This document shows, in pieces, positions 1 to 14,671 of a stretch of DNA of 64,000 nucleotides (the first letter of the stretch is position 1; the number at the start of each line of letters is the position of its first letter). The notes below the pieces were generated by a model. It ran no database searches. It worked only from the letters and a program-made list of their open reading frames with translations, and was not told the DNA's origin. Origin of the DNA: Octopus vulgaris. Taxonomy: Eukaryota. The position numbers and the translations under genes are program-made. The DNA lies in NCBI GenBank assembly GCA_951406725.2, contig OX597814.1:112406001-112470000 (forward strand). Reading direction: 5' to 3'.

Positions 1-818
1 GTAGTACCGCTTTTTGTGTTTGTTTTCACCACTTGACATCCGATGTGGATTTGTTTATGCTTTCGTTATGCCAATAATAAACACACGCACTGGTTCTATC
101 TCACTTCTTTTATTATTATCAGTCAATATCCTATTGACAGGCAGACCTTGTGAATGGATGGTAGACGTCAGCTAAACAGAAGACCGTCGTGTATATATAT
201 ATATATATATATATAAAGTGTGTGTGAATGTGGGCGTGTGTATGTGATCGGAAATAGAGAGGGCATGTTATTGATTGGTGACGAACGGACCTTCGCTAAC
301 ATAACTGATCATTGATTGAACGGATATTAAATCAAAGAATCGATTAATCGGTGAAATAGTTAACCAATGAACTAATAATAAATATTGAACTGAAATAGAA
401 TCGGTGCGGGTGTTTATTATTGTTATAATGACCCTCGCGAGATACAACAAAATATATTTCAGCACGGGAATTCACATCAGAAATCATTCAAACAAAATAC
501 AAACATGCAAAATAAAAAATTACCAGAATAGTGGAAATTTCAATTATATTTCAAATGTATATATTTTTGAGAACAATACTCCAGCATGGCCGTAGGCTAA
601 TAAGTGAAACCAAAAACATATTATATTTCAATTGGGAAGCATTACTTGAGAAAATATACCCCTAAGCTCATAAAATAGATATACATACATACATACATAC
701 ATACATACATACATACATACATACATACATACATACATACATACATACACACGTGCATACACAAATGCATACATACATACACACTTACAAACACACATAT
801 GCATACATACATACATAC

Positions 819-862
<44 letters not shown>

Positions 863-863
863 G

Positions 864-895
<32 letters not shown>

Positions 896-1644
896 GTACA
901 TACATAAACACTCACACGCGTATGCATGTACGGATGTCCTTGTTGCTTCTTTTGATTTTATCTACATGTATGTATGTACGTACGCTTGCATGCATGTATG
1001 TACAATATATATATATCTATATATATATATGTATGCATACATATATGTGTGTATGTATAAAAATATATATGTATATATATATGTGTGTATATATATATAT
1101 TTATATATATGCACATGTATAAGTATATATATATTGTTTATATATGTATATATTTATGCGTGTATGTACATATATACATATAAATATATATGCATATATC
1201 TATATATATACATATACATGTATGTATATATATATATATACATATACATATATGTATATATATATGTATATATATGTATATATATATGTGTTTGTGTGTG
1301 TGTGTATGTATGTATGTATGTATTTGATGTGAGACTTGTAAATGTTAGTAGATTAAATCAAATTTAAACCTGGATTACAAATTGTGTCGTCCATTTGCTG
1401 TCGTAGTAAAACACCTTGTTAACCAGAAGACGCTAATGGTGTGAAGACGTTATGTTAGCTAATCCCATTACTGTAGATATAATGTGTTTATGTCAGATTA
1501 AATTTTAACACTTGTTGTTGTTGAAATTGTTGTTGTTTTGTTGTACCTATCATTTCTATATGGAATCGAAATTATAGGTTGATATTTCAGATAGAAACAT
1601 TCGAATTTAAATGACAGCATTTTTGTGCATACATATAAACATAC

Positions 1645-1689
<45 letters not shown>

Positions 1690-1699
1690 TATATTTATA

Positions 1700-1823
<124 letters not shown>

Positions 1824-1895
1824 ATATATATATATATGTATATGTATATATACAAATACATAGATATAGAAATATATTCATATATGCGTAAATAC

Positions 1896-1950
<55 letters not shown>

Positions 1951-2199
1951 CGTGGATAGATGTGTGTGTATATATAAATTTAAAATGAACGAGCATCATA
2001 TTCGTTGCTTGAGGTGCCTCATAACATGTCTATGATTTTATACATACATGCATGCCTACGAAACCATACCTTCATCCTTTTAGACATGCATACATATATA
2101 TTTAGATAGACTCTACCGAACACCCATAGGTGTGTGTGTGTGTGTGTATGTATATATCCATATCTATATCTATAGCTAGCTCTCTACCTAACTACCTGC

Positions 2200-2255
<56 letters not shown>

Positions 2256-2294
2256 ATATCTATCTATCTATATATCTATCTATCTATCTATCTA

Positions 2295-2341
<47 letters not shown>

Positions 2342-2625
2342 GTATATATATATATATGTATATATATATATGTATATATATATACACGAATGGGCTACCG
2401 AATACATATAGTGTTACAAAATGTGTTTATTACTTTATATTTCATATGGCAACCAATTTTAAAATTGGTGGAGTATAAACGTGTTTATATATACATACAT
2501 ACATACACACACATACTTATATCCATTAACACATATATACAATATACCCATATATAAACGCACACACACACACACACACACACACGCACATACACTCGCC
2601 GAAATATAACCACATACATACACTC

Positions 2626-2715
<90 letters not shown>

Positions 2716-3090
2716 TAGAGAAAGAACGCGAGACAGAAATACAGAGACGCTGAGCGATAGAGAGAGGGTGAGAGAAGGAGAGAGAAAGAGAGAGAGAGAG
2801 AAAGGAAAAGAGAGAGAGAGAGAAAGAGAGTGAAACAGAAAGCCCTAGGTACATGCTATACAGTTAATATATCACAAGATGGTACACAGCTTCCACTTCC
2901 TGCTTTTCTGTGGACAAGCTTGTATTTCGTGTTTCCAGCAGAATATAGCGGTGTGTGTTAGGATTAGAGCGTACACATGTCTCCGGATATAATTCCTGAT
3001 GTTGAAATTTCGGAAACAATTTTTATATCAATCAATAGAGTGTTATTTGCTTATACATACATACATTCATACATACATACATACATACTT

Positions 3091-3132
<42 letters not shown>

Positions 3133-3392
3133 GCATATGTATATGTGCGCATAAAGGTATTTATGTTTGTGTATATGAGTAAGTATATATATATGTATAT
3201 ACTTACATGTATGTACTTACATATATATTCGTATATACATATGCATATATATATACATACATACATATATACATACATACATACATACATATGTATATAC
3301 ATGTATATGTATTTGTATATATATATTTACACGCACACATACATATTTAAATATATATATCCACAAATATACATACAAATCTATCTATCTAG

Positions 3393-3433
<41 letters not shown>

Positions 3434-3434
3434 C

Positions 3435-3487
<53 letters not shown>

Positions 3488-3998
3488 CGTATATATAATA
3501 TATACATGTATATGTACATATACATATATATATGTGTGTATATTCATGTGAATATATACCTGTGTATATATATATACATATCTATATATATATACATACA
3601 CATATAAATATACATATACATATATATATATAAATATATACATACATATATACATACACATATATATATACATACAGGTGTAGATATACCTATATATATA
3701 GGTATATCTACACCTGTATATTGTGGAGGCATCAAAGAGGTTGTGCATGCGTGTTTTGTGCGTGTGCGTTTGACCGTTTGTGCACGTCTGCATTTGTGTG
3801 TGTGTCTGTGTACGTGTGTGTATATCCATGTGTTTGTGTGTATGAGCAGCTAAGGTATGCTACATTTATGTCGGAGTTAAGGATAGGTGTAGGTCTTATT
3901 AAAACACGAGTTTGATAATTAGGCCTTATTATCGAACCGCGTATGTTTGCATAATTTGTATAATTATACGGAAGACACACACAAACAGGACTATATTT

Positions 3999-4047
<49 letters not shown>

Positions 4048-4094
4048 TATATATATATGTATATGTGTATGTATATATGTATGTATATATACAT

Positions 4095-4245
4095 CCGCTA
4101 AAAGAAACCGACAGAATAAGTACTAGGCTTGCAAAGACTAAGTCCTGGGGTCGATTTCTACGAATAGTGTCTTCTATTATAGCCTCGGGGCGACTAAAGC
4201 CTTCTGTGTGGATTTGTTAGGCGGAAACTGAAAGAAGCCCGTCAT

Positions 4246-4298
<53 letters not shown>

Positions 4299-4312
4299 GA
4301 TATATGTATATG

Positions 4313-4346
<34 letters not shown>

Positions 4347-4590
4347 TGTATGTATGTATGTATGTATATGTTTGTATGCACTTATTTGTGTATGTCGCCC
4401 CAACCATCTTTTGACAACCGATGCTGTTGTGTTTACGTCACTGTAACTTAGCGGTTCCGCAAAGAGACCGATAGAATAAGTATTATGCTTACAAACAATG
4501 AGTCCAGGCGTTGACTCGTTCGACTGAATGTGATGCTCCAGCTTGACCGCAGTCAAATGACTGAAACAAGTAAAAGAATAAAAGAAAAGA
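4095..4590 (+). mobile_element. SINE family A: tail fragment followed by a head-truncated copy with internal (CA)/(TATG) microsatellite
   Basis: Matches the other family-A copies: gcctcggggcgactaaagcc...ggaaactgaaagaagcccgtc, then microsatellite, then ttgacaaccgatgctg...gcagtcaaatgactgaaacaagtaaaag. Confidence 0.85.
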
Positions 4591-4669
4591 AGAATATATG
4601 TGTATTGGGGGTGTATACATATATACATACAGGCATACAAATATATGTGTGTGTGTGTGTGTGTGTATG

Positions 4670-4755
<86 letters not shown>

Positions 4756-4796
4756 CATGTCTAAATATAGTCCTTTCATTATTAATATAAAACTTA

Positions 4797-5250
4797 TGGC
4801 TGCTGGTTGGCAGAATCGTTAGCGTGCCGGATGAAATACTTGTCGGCAAGCATTTCGTCCGTCTGTACGTTCTGCGTTCAAATTCCACCAAGGTCGAATT
4901 TGCCTTTTATCTTTTCGTGGTCAATAAATTAAGTCCCAGTGGAAATCTGTGGTCGATGTAATCGACTAGACCCTCCCCTCAAATTTGCAAATGCCTTGTA
5001 CCTTTGGTAATAAGGATTATTAATATAAATAATATTATTATTTAAGGCGGCAAGCTGGTAGAATGTTTAGTACGCCGGACGAAATTCTGAGTGGTATTTC
5101 GTTCACAGATCGAATTCAGCTTACAGCTGTGCCTTTTCTCCCTTTTGTGATCGATGCACTAAATAACAGTTATGCACTTGAGTCGACGTAATCGTCTAGT
5201 GCCCCTCCCACCAAATTTTCAGGCCGTATTCCTCAAATACAAAGGATTAT
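4797..5250 (+). mobile_element. Two adjacent diverged copies of SINE family B
   Basis: Head ggcggcaagctggtagaa / ggttggcagaatcgttagcgtgccgg, gttcaaattcc B-box-like motif, gtcgatgtaatcgact hairpin and aaggattat end, as in 16678-17443. Confidence 0.8.
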
Positions 5251-5850
5251 AATATAATCAATTAAACTTCTCAAGGTACGTTTTATATTTCCCCTATTTC
5301 TTTTTCCTCCTTCTCATCCCCTTCTCCTCCTCCTCATTTTCTCTCTCTATTCCTCACTCGCACTTCATACCTCATACCTACACCTTTCACCCACTTCCCC
5401 ATCGTATTCTTTGAACACCCTGGTCTGCCTGCCCTATTGACGTCCACGGCTCAAGGAGCTCAGCATAGCTGGTCCAGTGCCCTGGCATTCTTACCACATT
5501 GCGGCAGTTTTAGAACCATGAATACGCTCTCACCATTCGAGTTTTCTAAAATATATAACACCATTTACGCGTGCACTTGCACGCGCACACACAAGTGAGT
5601 GTATGTATGACATTATTGTTATTTGAAGATTTCTTGCCAACAGAGAAAGAACCGGATCTTTCATTGGAATTTCAACAGGGTATTTTAGTTTGTATGTACG
5701 TGCGTACGTACGTACGTACGTACGTATGTATGTATGTATGTATGTATGTATGTATGTATGTATGTATGTATGTATGTATGTGCAGATTTGCATCTTTTAT
5801 ATATGTATTCTCATGCATGTATATCCAGACATTCTCATATATATTTAAAT

Positions 5851-6127
5851 GATAAACTTCTGGAAAGTTTTACAGATTTTTACAGTTCCAATGATGCATT
5901 GGATCTGTAGTCTTCGAATTAGTTTTTCTCTTTTCTGGATTTTGAGAAGACTAATTTCTCAAGGTTGGCATTTAGGTAGTGTGTTACACATCACAGGGCC
6001 CCAATAATTACATGTATAAACCTGAACTTGTATTCTGGATAGAGTAACTGCAGATTTCTCAATAGTTCTGCATAGGTGTTCTCCTTTCACTGATCTTCAG
6101 CTTTATGTTAACACCCACCGGGCAGCT
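5851..6127 (-). mobile_element. 3' fragment of an RLE-type non-LTR retrotransposon (degenerate)
   Basis: Minus-strand manual translation with a frameshift and a stop: SCPVGVNIKLKISE..ENTYAELLRNLQLLYPEYKFRFIHVIIGAL...LIRRLQIQCIIGTVKICKTF. This fits the RLE C-terminal pattern (P.D.N..K..EK..Y..L, IIGALG). Confidence 0.7.
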
Positions 6128-6258
6128 AATCCACAAAAGCTTTGGTCGGCCCGAGGATATAGCAGAAGACACTTGCACAGGGTGCCACGCAGTTGGACTG
6201 AACCCGGAACCATATGGTTGGGAAGCAAGCTTTATACCACACAGCCACATCTGTGCCT
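6128..6258 (-). mobile_element. SINE family A, head half only
   Basis: Reverse complement of the family-A tRNA-like head (tggctgtgtggt...gggttcagtcc). Confidence 0.85.
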
Positions 6259-6626
6259 ATGAATATATTTATATATTTATATACATATTTATATGTGTAT
6301 TTATACGTGTGTATGTGTAAGTGCCATCTATGTATCATACTCTAAACACATTATCCATAGACCAGTTACTTGCAGTATTAAAAACAGTATATCACAGAGA
6401 CACGAAAGTTCGTTTCGGTTGCAGCCGGCGAATATCACATCCAACCACATGCTCGGGCGAGAATTCAACGTCTCTAATATAAGAAAGGATTAATAAAACA
6501 GTCGCTGGCATGGCGAATAAGTACGCAACTGATTAAAAATCCAGTGTACAAAATGCTAGCAGTATTTAATTAAAACAGCAATCTAAGTAGCTTATTTAAT
6601 GTATATATAGTATATATAATGTTGAC

Positions 6627-6692
<66 letters not shown>

Positions 6693-6694
6693 AG

Positions 6695-6826
6695 GGGGAG
6701 AGTTCACACAAAAAAAAAGCAAAAGACGAAGACAGATGGTGTAGAGGTGTAGACAACAAACAGATGTATTAGTTTAACGCTCGGGAAGTGAAAAAGTCTT
6801 TAACGTTTCGAGCCTACGCCCTTCCA
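6695..6826 (-). mobile_element. Short Penelope-like terminal remnant with truncated hammerhead-like motif (same family as 38232-38404 and 51010-51190)
   Basis: gtattagtttaacgctcgggaag...tttcgagcctacgc is shared with the two other copies. The minus strand reads agggc-gtag-gctc-GAAAcgTT. Confidence 0.55.
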
Positions 6827-7264
6827 CACACACACACATATATGTATATATATATACACGCACGCACGTACACATACATACATACACACACACTTACATA
6901 CACCCATACACATACATGCATCCTACACACACATACATACACACTCACACATACATACACACACACACACTCACTCACACACCTGTATGTACGCGCACAC
7001 ACATGCACATACACACACTTCCACACACCCACACGTACATACATACACACTCATACACATACACACACACACACACACGGACATACATCTATGCACACAC
7101 GTATATACACACATACTTACATACATTCATCGGACACACTGACACCCAGACATACACACAGACACACTCACACATCCACACACATACATACTTACACACA
7201 CACTCGCAGGCGCGCGCACACACGCGCTTGCGCCGGTTCGCGCACGCATACGCGTATGCATGCA

Positions 7265-8074
7265 CCTCGCTCTTGGACCCGACGAGACCTCCCGCTCGTT
7301 TCTGGGGCCGTCGCCTGTCGTTGGGTTCTCCCACGCCCGTCTCCGCGGGACCACTCTTCCATCTTCCCCTCAGCTGGAGTCCTTTTTCCTTATAACCCCC
7401 CTTTTTTGTTACACACACGCGCACACATACATACACCCACTCACACACACACATTTGCTTAAATATATACATTACTCTTACACACACTTCAAATCTACTC
7501 GCCATACGTACAACTACGACACTGGACACACACACACTACTACTCAACACACACGCTGGCACGTTACATACGCCCCCACCCATTCCCCTCCCTCCCTTCC
7601 TCCTTCCTTCATTTTCTTACTACTGACCACTGTCTGCTATGCCTACTCTGTTCGCCCTACCTCACACGCCTACACACAGACGCACACACTAACATATACA
7701 TATATTTTTTGTTTTTTTATCTCGCCTCACACACACATACACATACGCACACGCACACACTCACACATACACACACATCTGTTGCGTTACCAACCCTGTC
7801 TCCACTCTTTTGGCTTTAAAAACCTACTTTGCTCTTGTTATCGTAAACTTCCGCCTTTCACCATGTGTACTTCGTAAACACCAGTCGTTTTTTTCTCCCT
7901 CTTGTTGCCCACCTTGGGATCTTTCTTTCCTCTCTCTTCCTTCTTTATGTTTCCGACGAAGAGCTCCGCTCGAAACGTCATACCTTCCTGCTTCCATCTT
8001 TCCTGAGCGCCTATTAATAATAATACTGTAATTGTTCCACGTGTTGTTGTTTTTTCTGTTTTCCCGTTTGGATT

Positions 8075-8076
<2 letters not shown>
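7265..8076 (+). mobile_element. Probable Penelope-like element 3' remnant with degenerate hammerhead motif
   Basis: A GC-richer segment is followed by a pyrimidine-rich UTR containing CCGACGA-agagc-tcc-gctc-GAAA-cg-TC (7953-7979), then ttcctgagcg...taatac, similar to the 6695-6826 family. It ends at (TA)n. Confidence 0.45.
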
Positions 8077-8133
<57 letters not shown>

Positions 8134-8180
8134 ATATGTATCTATGTATATATATGTATATATATATGTATGTATCTATG

Positions 8181-8224
<44 letters not shown>

Positions 8225-8626
8225 CCTTTGTGTATGACTATGTACTATATTAAATGTATTTATATGTATGTGTATGTATGGCTGTGTGTGCGTTTTTGTA
8301 CATTCATATTTATATTTATACGCATAAACGTTCATATAGCTTGGTGTGTATTCTTGCTTGTGGATGTGTATCTGTGTCTACATAGAGAATATACGAATGA
8401 CACACACACACACACACACACTCTCTCTCTCTCTCTTTCTCCCTCCCTCTCTCTCTATCTCTCTTTCCCTCTCACACACACACATACACACACACACACA
8501 TGAACAAACAAGTCAAAGTTTGGCGTTTAACATTTCGAATAAATTGATATGTCAAGGTATTTATTCAAGAACTAACAAAACATCATATTTGAATTGCTCT
8601 TGTATGTTATTGTTCTTCATCTTTTT

Positions 8627-8685
<59 letters not shown>

Positions 8686-9337
8686 AAATTTCAGTCTATT
8701 AAACATCTGTCATAAAACGCTACTTTCAAACAATATCTATCTTAATGATCCTTCATACAGTTCGTGTTTCAAACATCGTTAGTCACAGAAGTCTAGTTTG
8801 ATATTGTATCAATCATAGTTTAGGAACCTGAGACAAATGAACAACAGTGTACAATAAGTTCCAAGATGATAGATTCCGAGAAGCACATTGTTCCAATGGT
8901 AATCCCAGTTGAGTTGTGATAGAGTGTTCCAAAGAAGAAGCAAAGTCCGAGAAGAAGATATGTAAGGAGACGGAGGTCAAAGAGAGGAGGAAGTTCAATC
9001 TGGCAGAATCAAACTGGGGTGAAATTGTATAAGGTTAAGTTGGCGAATTTAACGGTCTGCTGTATAGTCGCCATTTTGATGAGTTTTATCAGTCTTAAAA
9101 TCTATGAGTGATGTTACGTTCATCATAAATCTTTTATATAATGCAATGACAATCATAAAATATCAGTACAGGTCATAACATTGTAATAGACTGTAGTATA
9201 AGTTTAGAGTGAAATAATATATTATCACATACACGCACACAACATACACACCCATTCATATACGCATGTGGTGTGTGTGTGTGTGTGTGTGTAGCTAGAT
9301 AGCTCCCTTTCTCTCTCTCTCCCTCTCTCTATGTGTG

Positions 9338-9409
<72 letters not shown>

Positions 9410-9427
9410 TGTATGTATGTATATATG

Positions 9428-9471
<44 letters not shown>

Positions 9472-9472
<1 letters not shown>

Positions 9473-9884
9473 TCTTTCTCTTTTACTCTTTTACTTGTTT
9501 CAGTCATTTGACTGCGGCCATGCTGGAGCACCGCCTTTAGTCGAGGAAATCGACCCCGGGACTTATTCTTTGTAAGCCCAGTACTTATTTTATCGGTCTC
9601 TTTTGCCGAACCGCTAAGTGACGAGGACGTAAACACACCAGCATCGGTTGTCAAGCAATGCTAGGTAGACAAACACAGGCACACAAACACACACACACAC
9701 ATATATATATATACATATATACGACAGGCTTCTTTCAGTTTCCGTCTACAAAATCCACTCACAAGGCATTGGTCGGCCCGGGGCTATAGCAGAAGACACT
9801 TGCCCAAGGTGCCACGCAGTAGGACTGAACCCGGAACCATGTGGTTGGTTAGCAAGCTACTTACCACACAGCCACTCCTGCGCC
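9472..9884 (-). mobile_element. SINE family A, full length
   Basis: tRNA-like head (A-box TGGCTGTGTGG, B-box GGTTCAGTCC), internal (TA)/(TG) tract, tail ending gaaacaagtaaaagagtaaa. Confidence 0.92.
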
Positions 9885-10169
9885 TATATTATATATATAT
9901 ATAATTTTTTTTTGTAATGAGATAAAAAAACCAAGGGTGTGTAGATTTTAGATAATTTAGAGAGTGAGATAGAGGAAATAATATCGATGTGAGATGTTTA
10001 GGGATATTGTATTTGTAGATTCATTTTTTTTAGGCAGAATGATATACATATAAGATTCCAATACCTTTTGAGTAAAATCCCAAAGTATTTAAAATTGGTC
10101 ATTCCAAGTATAGAGTTTATATCAGCTGGGACCCTCGTCGTCGTAACCGACAGAGTGCTCTTTATATAA

Positions 10170-10568
10170 GGCGCAGGAGTGGCTGTGTGGTAAGTAGCTT
10201 GCTTACCATCCACATGGTTCCGGGTTCAGTCCCACTGCGTGGCACCTTGGGCAAGTGTCTTCCACTATAGCTTCGGGCCGACTAAAGACTTGTGAGTGGA
10301 TTTGGTGGACGGAAACTGGAAGAAGCCCGTCGTATATGTATATATCTGTATATGTATGTGTGTCTCTGTATTTGCCCCCTCCTCCCCAACATCGCTTGAC
10401 AACTGATGCTGGTATATTTACGTCCCGTAACCTAGCGATTCGACAAAAGAGAACGATAGGATAAGTACTAGGCTTACAAAGAATAAACTCTGTGGTTGAT
10501 TTGCTTGACTAAAAGCGGTGCTCCAGCATGGACACACTCACATGACTGAAACAAGTAAAAGAGTAAAA

Positions 10569-10569
<1 letters not shown>
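10170..10569 (+). mobile_element. SINE family A, full length
   Basis: ggcgcaggagtggctgtgtggtaagtagcttgcttacc...gggttcagtcccactgcgtggcaccttgggcaagtgtc...gaaacaagtaaaagagtaaaag. Confidence 0.92.
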
Positions 10570-10610
<41 letters not shown>

Positions 10611-11100
10611 GGTCACATAACCATCAAGTATTTCTGAATGCCTTTATTCTGTGCTAAATTTCCAATCGGAACAGGATACGGATTGTTGAAAACCTTCATA
10701 GTTAAGAAATACCTTATTCTATTGTTTTATGAACATACTTTTCACTTTCACTTTCACTTTTACCTTGGTGTATTAACATTTGCGTTGCTGTCATTTCAGT
10801 TTTCTAGGTTTCTAAAAGAACACCAATATATTATTTTTCGCAATTTTTTCATTCTGTAGCATTTTTCAGTTCTTATATTCTCACATATATACGCACACAC
10901 ACACAAACAAACAAACAAACAAACACAAACACACGCACTCGCACGCACACACGCACATACACACATATGCACGCGTGCACACACGCACATATTCATATAT
11001 TTTCAGTCAGTTACTTTAAAAGTACAGTTTTGTGCTTGTGTGTGTATGTGTGTGTTTGTGTTATATGTGTATATATATGAATGTATGTTTATTTGTGTAC

Positions 11101-11146
<46 letters not shown>

Positions 11147-11229
11147 ATAAATATTAGGGAATAAATCCAAATTTACAGGGAAAAAATCAGATTTAGGATT
11201 AAATCCAATTTTATAGTAAAATATTATAA

Positions 11230-11497
<268 letters not shown>

Positions 11498-12559
11498 CAC
11501 ATTGCACACAATGGATATTTATCTCACAGCTTTCGCAGCATGTAAAACGAATATAAATGACAAATGCGATGTAAAAAAAACACAGAACTCTATAAATTTA
11601 GTAGCCAAATAAATCACGATTAATTTAAGTATACATGACACACAAACTAAATTTTATTTCCAAGTCTTTCATTCAGATCTTTCTGACTCAAATTGGTCCT
11701 TAAAAAACTAATGCTTTTCTTTTCTCCATAAAATTTCGCCACTTTACTTACTAACTTTACCTTCTTTTTTTTAAAGATCCATTTCTCGAGAGATACACCG
11801 TAAAATCTAGATTTCTTCAGGCTTTCCTGTTGCTCACTTAACATTAAAGAGCGGGACGTCTCAGAACTTCCTGATATTTGGTGTTATGTAGGCGATTGGA
11901 TGATGGGGGTTTGGGTTGTGTTGGAGTAGCTAATGGGAGAGGGTAATGCAAAAGCCTCGCAAACCTGCTTATAGTTTCTCATTTGTCTGGCAAGTATCAA
12001 CTGGATTTTCGAATGCGCCAATGTGAACAAGAAAATACTACATCGGGTCATTTCATCGCATCTAGACAGAGTTTTCTGTAGGTCTGTAGGCAGGCATAGC
12101 CGTAAGCTGTTCACAATTCAAAAATTACTTCGTTGCACAGACGATCAATTTGTGATTTTTATAGTCAGCCTATTCAGGCTGCAAAAACAAGGACTCGATC
12201 ACTGGAACCTGAAAGCGTCTTTCCTGACGCACCAAATTTACAGAAATCGGATTAGAGGACTAGTTAAGAGAGAATTGACAGGAGCAACCGTTAACAACCA
12301 ATTGTGGTTAATCCTAAAATGATTAGATTAGAGTTGATAATGTGTTTAGTAAGGATATAATGATAGAGTATTTCAGAGCTGAGAAAGAATTAGTTTGGAT
12401 CTAAGAATAGGCGCTTAGGGAAGTCATTGCGCCTGATGTGTTGGTAATGAAATTGACAGAGCTATGGTGCGAGCTATGAGACATAAGGAAACGAAAGCTG
12501 TTATATGGTACCGGTATGGTGCCGGTCGCGAAGTAGAGTAGAACTAGGACAAGGGGACG

Positions 12560-13161
12560 AAGTGGGTGCTCACTCTCAGCCAGAAATGGGTTGAGAGGAA
12601 GCTGTCCCTGAATGCTCGGGTGGAGGTGGTGAATGTGTGCATCGCCCCCATCATCCCACCGCATGATAGTCGTCCATTGCTCTCCTTTGTTGATGATCGA
12701 ATTGGAACGCCTGTTCTTCTGCCTTCTATGAAAGGTATACATTATCCTAGTCAAACGGTCCATTTGCTGCCTGCCGCTGCTGCGTAGAGGACGGGGCATG
12801 CCGTGGTTAATGATGCGTAGATATACATTGAGGCTGAAAGATCTCCAGCGTTTCCATGACGGTGAACAGATGTGGTCGCTGTTTGTTAAACACGATTTTC
12901 TCAGCTCACTCCACTAACGGAGCTGTAGTCCTTGATCAAGCCTAAACCGAAACTGAACACTTGGCACTTGGAGTGTTGGCAAGCGCTCACAGCCCTCACC
13001 CAGTCGAGCAATGCGGTCGGTGGAAGTTACATTTTGGAGTTCTTTAGGAGATTAGTGACTGACATGAGCGATGACTTCCTCGGGGAATCTCTGGGCGTCG
13101 GGGAAGGTCAGTCGCCTGATCTATACCAGAAGGTAAGTGAATGTGGCGAAGATGATCTATG
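12560..13161 (+). mobile_element. Degenerate L1/Tx1-like LINE fragment (post-RT region), resuming at about 13665-13815
   Basis: SQKWVERKLSLNARVEVVNVCIAPII fits W..R.LS..GR....N. Downstream LPPLRRGRGMPWLMMR fits the GGLG.P motif. The frame continues across the mariner insertion (VNVAKMIYV|DEPVLNICL*). Confidence 0.65.
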
Positions 13162-13163
13162 TA

Positions 13164-13662
13164 CAGGGTGTCTTTCGGGTATCCCTACAAGAAAAATCCG
13201 GGCTAGTCACATTTGGGGAACGTGAAGGCCATTCAAAGTAGACCTCACACATGGTTCCAGCAAAATAGGGTAACTTCTCATACCACAAGAGAAAAAATGG
13301 AGAGAGTATAATCTCCCACAACGGCAATGTCAACTGGATTTCACGTTCCCCAGACTTGACTAGTCCGGATTTTTTTGTTGTGGCGATACCTAAAAGAGAG
13401 GGTTTACGTCAACAAACCAGAGACCCTGGTGCAACTGAAGGAGAACATCAATAGAGAAATCAGAGAGTTTTGGAAGGAGCATGGGAGTGCGAAGCCGAAT
13501 ATGTCGTTTTTCATATGTGATATAGTGGTGTTGTAAAATTTCACTTATGCATATTAATTTCCATTATATCCTTTATATTGTATCAAAATTCTATGCATTT
13601 ATTTGTAAAGTTAAGGAAGTTATTAAAAATTGAAACCAATCAGTGACTTTTGGGACACCCTG
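13164..13662 (+). mobile_element. Internally deleted Tc1/mariner element inserted at TA
   Basis: TA-CAGGGTGTC...GACACCCTG-TA ends. Internal translation WFQQNRVTSHTTREKM and NWISRSPDLTSPDFF/LWRYLKERVYVNKPETLVQLKENI matches the WFQQDGA and WPPRSPDL..DFFLWGYLK motifs. Confidence 0.85.
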
Positions 13663-13849
13663 TAGATGAGCCTGTTCTGAACATATGCTTGTAGGCCAGA
13701 GGGAATGAAGAGGATAAGGGGTGACTGCTTGCTTGGGGTGTCATTGGTGATCAAGGTGACCAGGATATGCGGGTTCCCTTACTTGCCCTTGAATGAAGCT
13801 CTCTCCTGTGGGGGGATTTTTATTATTTCAACTTTATTCTTTATCATTG

Positions 13850-14388
13850 TTTTACTTCTCAGAGCTCTCGATCTTAAATGCTTCGGTTGATTCTGTGAGA
13901 GCGGACAACAACCTTTCATCAGAGGTCTCACAGGGTCTCTTTCAGCAAATTATAAGCTTTTGTACTTGGATATTAACTTATCGTGGAAGACCTCCAAAAC
14001 CGAAGCACCAATCTCAAAATCCTAGCTGTCCTCAATAGAGCAGATTTTGGGGATTTTTCTGCTCTCATGTCAATTCCAATTCCTCCGACATATTTCTCGA
14101 ACCTGGTTATTAGTACTCGGAGTGCTCCTACATCTACTAGGATAACAGTTACTCTACTCATTGCCTACATTCCTGCAATTTCGTCTTTTAATATTCTGTA
14201 TTTCTCCACCTTTTCGAGCTCTTTGTCATTTACACGTGCATCCCCGTCTCTGGCAATATCTATGAACTTGGTTTCCTTTTTTCTCTTACCTATTACATTA
14301 GATTATAAAATATCACAGGATTCATTGTTCTCAGTGACACCCCCTGGTTCATGTTTGTACCATTTGCGAGCTATGCTCAGACCGTACT
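13850..14388 (-). mobile_element. R4/Dong-like RLE non-LTR retrotransposon, 3' fragment
   Basis: WYKHEPGGVTEN...FIDIARDGDARVNDKELEKVEKYRILKDEI...VTVILVDVGALRV...KSALLRTARILRLVL (the last part is ORF 13973-14161). Confidence 0.8.
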
Positions 14389-14391
14389 AAT

Positions 14392-14494
14392 TCTTTCGGG
14401 GTCGATAAATTAATCATCAGTGAAATACAGAGATCGATGTAATCGACTTGTCCCCTCCCCTAATATTTCAGGATTTGTGCCTTCAGTAGAAAGG

Positions 14495-14497
<3 letters not shown>
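14392..14497 (+). mobile_element. SINE family B 3' half, running into a long (ATT)n tract
   Basis: ctttcggggtcgataaattaa...tcgatgtaatcgactt...tgtgccttcagtagaaaggattatt. Confidence 0.8.
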
Positions 14498-14544
<47 letters not shown>

Positions 14545-14609
14545 CATTATTATTATTGTTGTTGTTGTTGTTGTTGTTGTTATTATTATTATTATTATCA
14601 TTATTATTA

Positions 14610-14653
<44 letters not shown>

Positions 14654-14671
14654 GTTATTATTATTAAATTT

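Noticed and set aside
10170-10250. tRNA genes at SINE heads (also 19055, 19984, 35503, 60466)
   Set aside because: A/B boxes are present, but there is no clean cloverleaf and each is fused to a SINE body.
11890-12540. Possible additional L1-like remnant (GGLG motif); similar hints at 25100-25600 and 26900-27200
   Set aside because: Only isolated short motifs among many stops; this needs a profile search.
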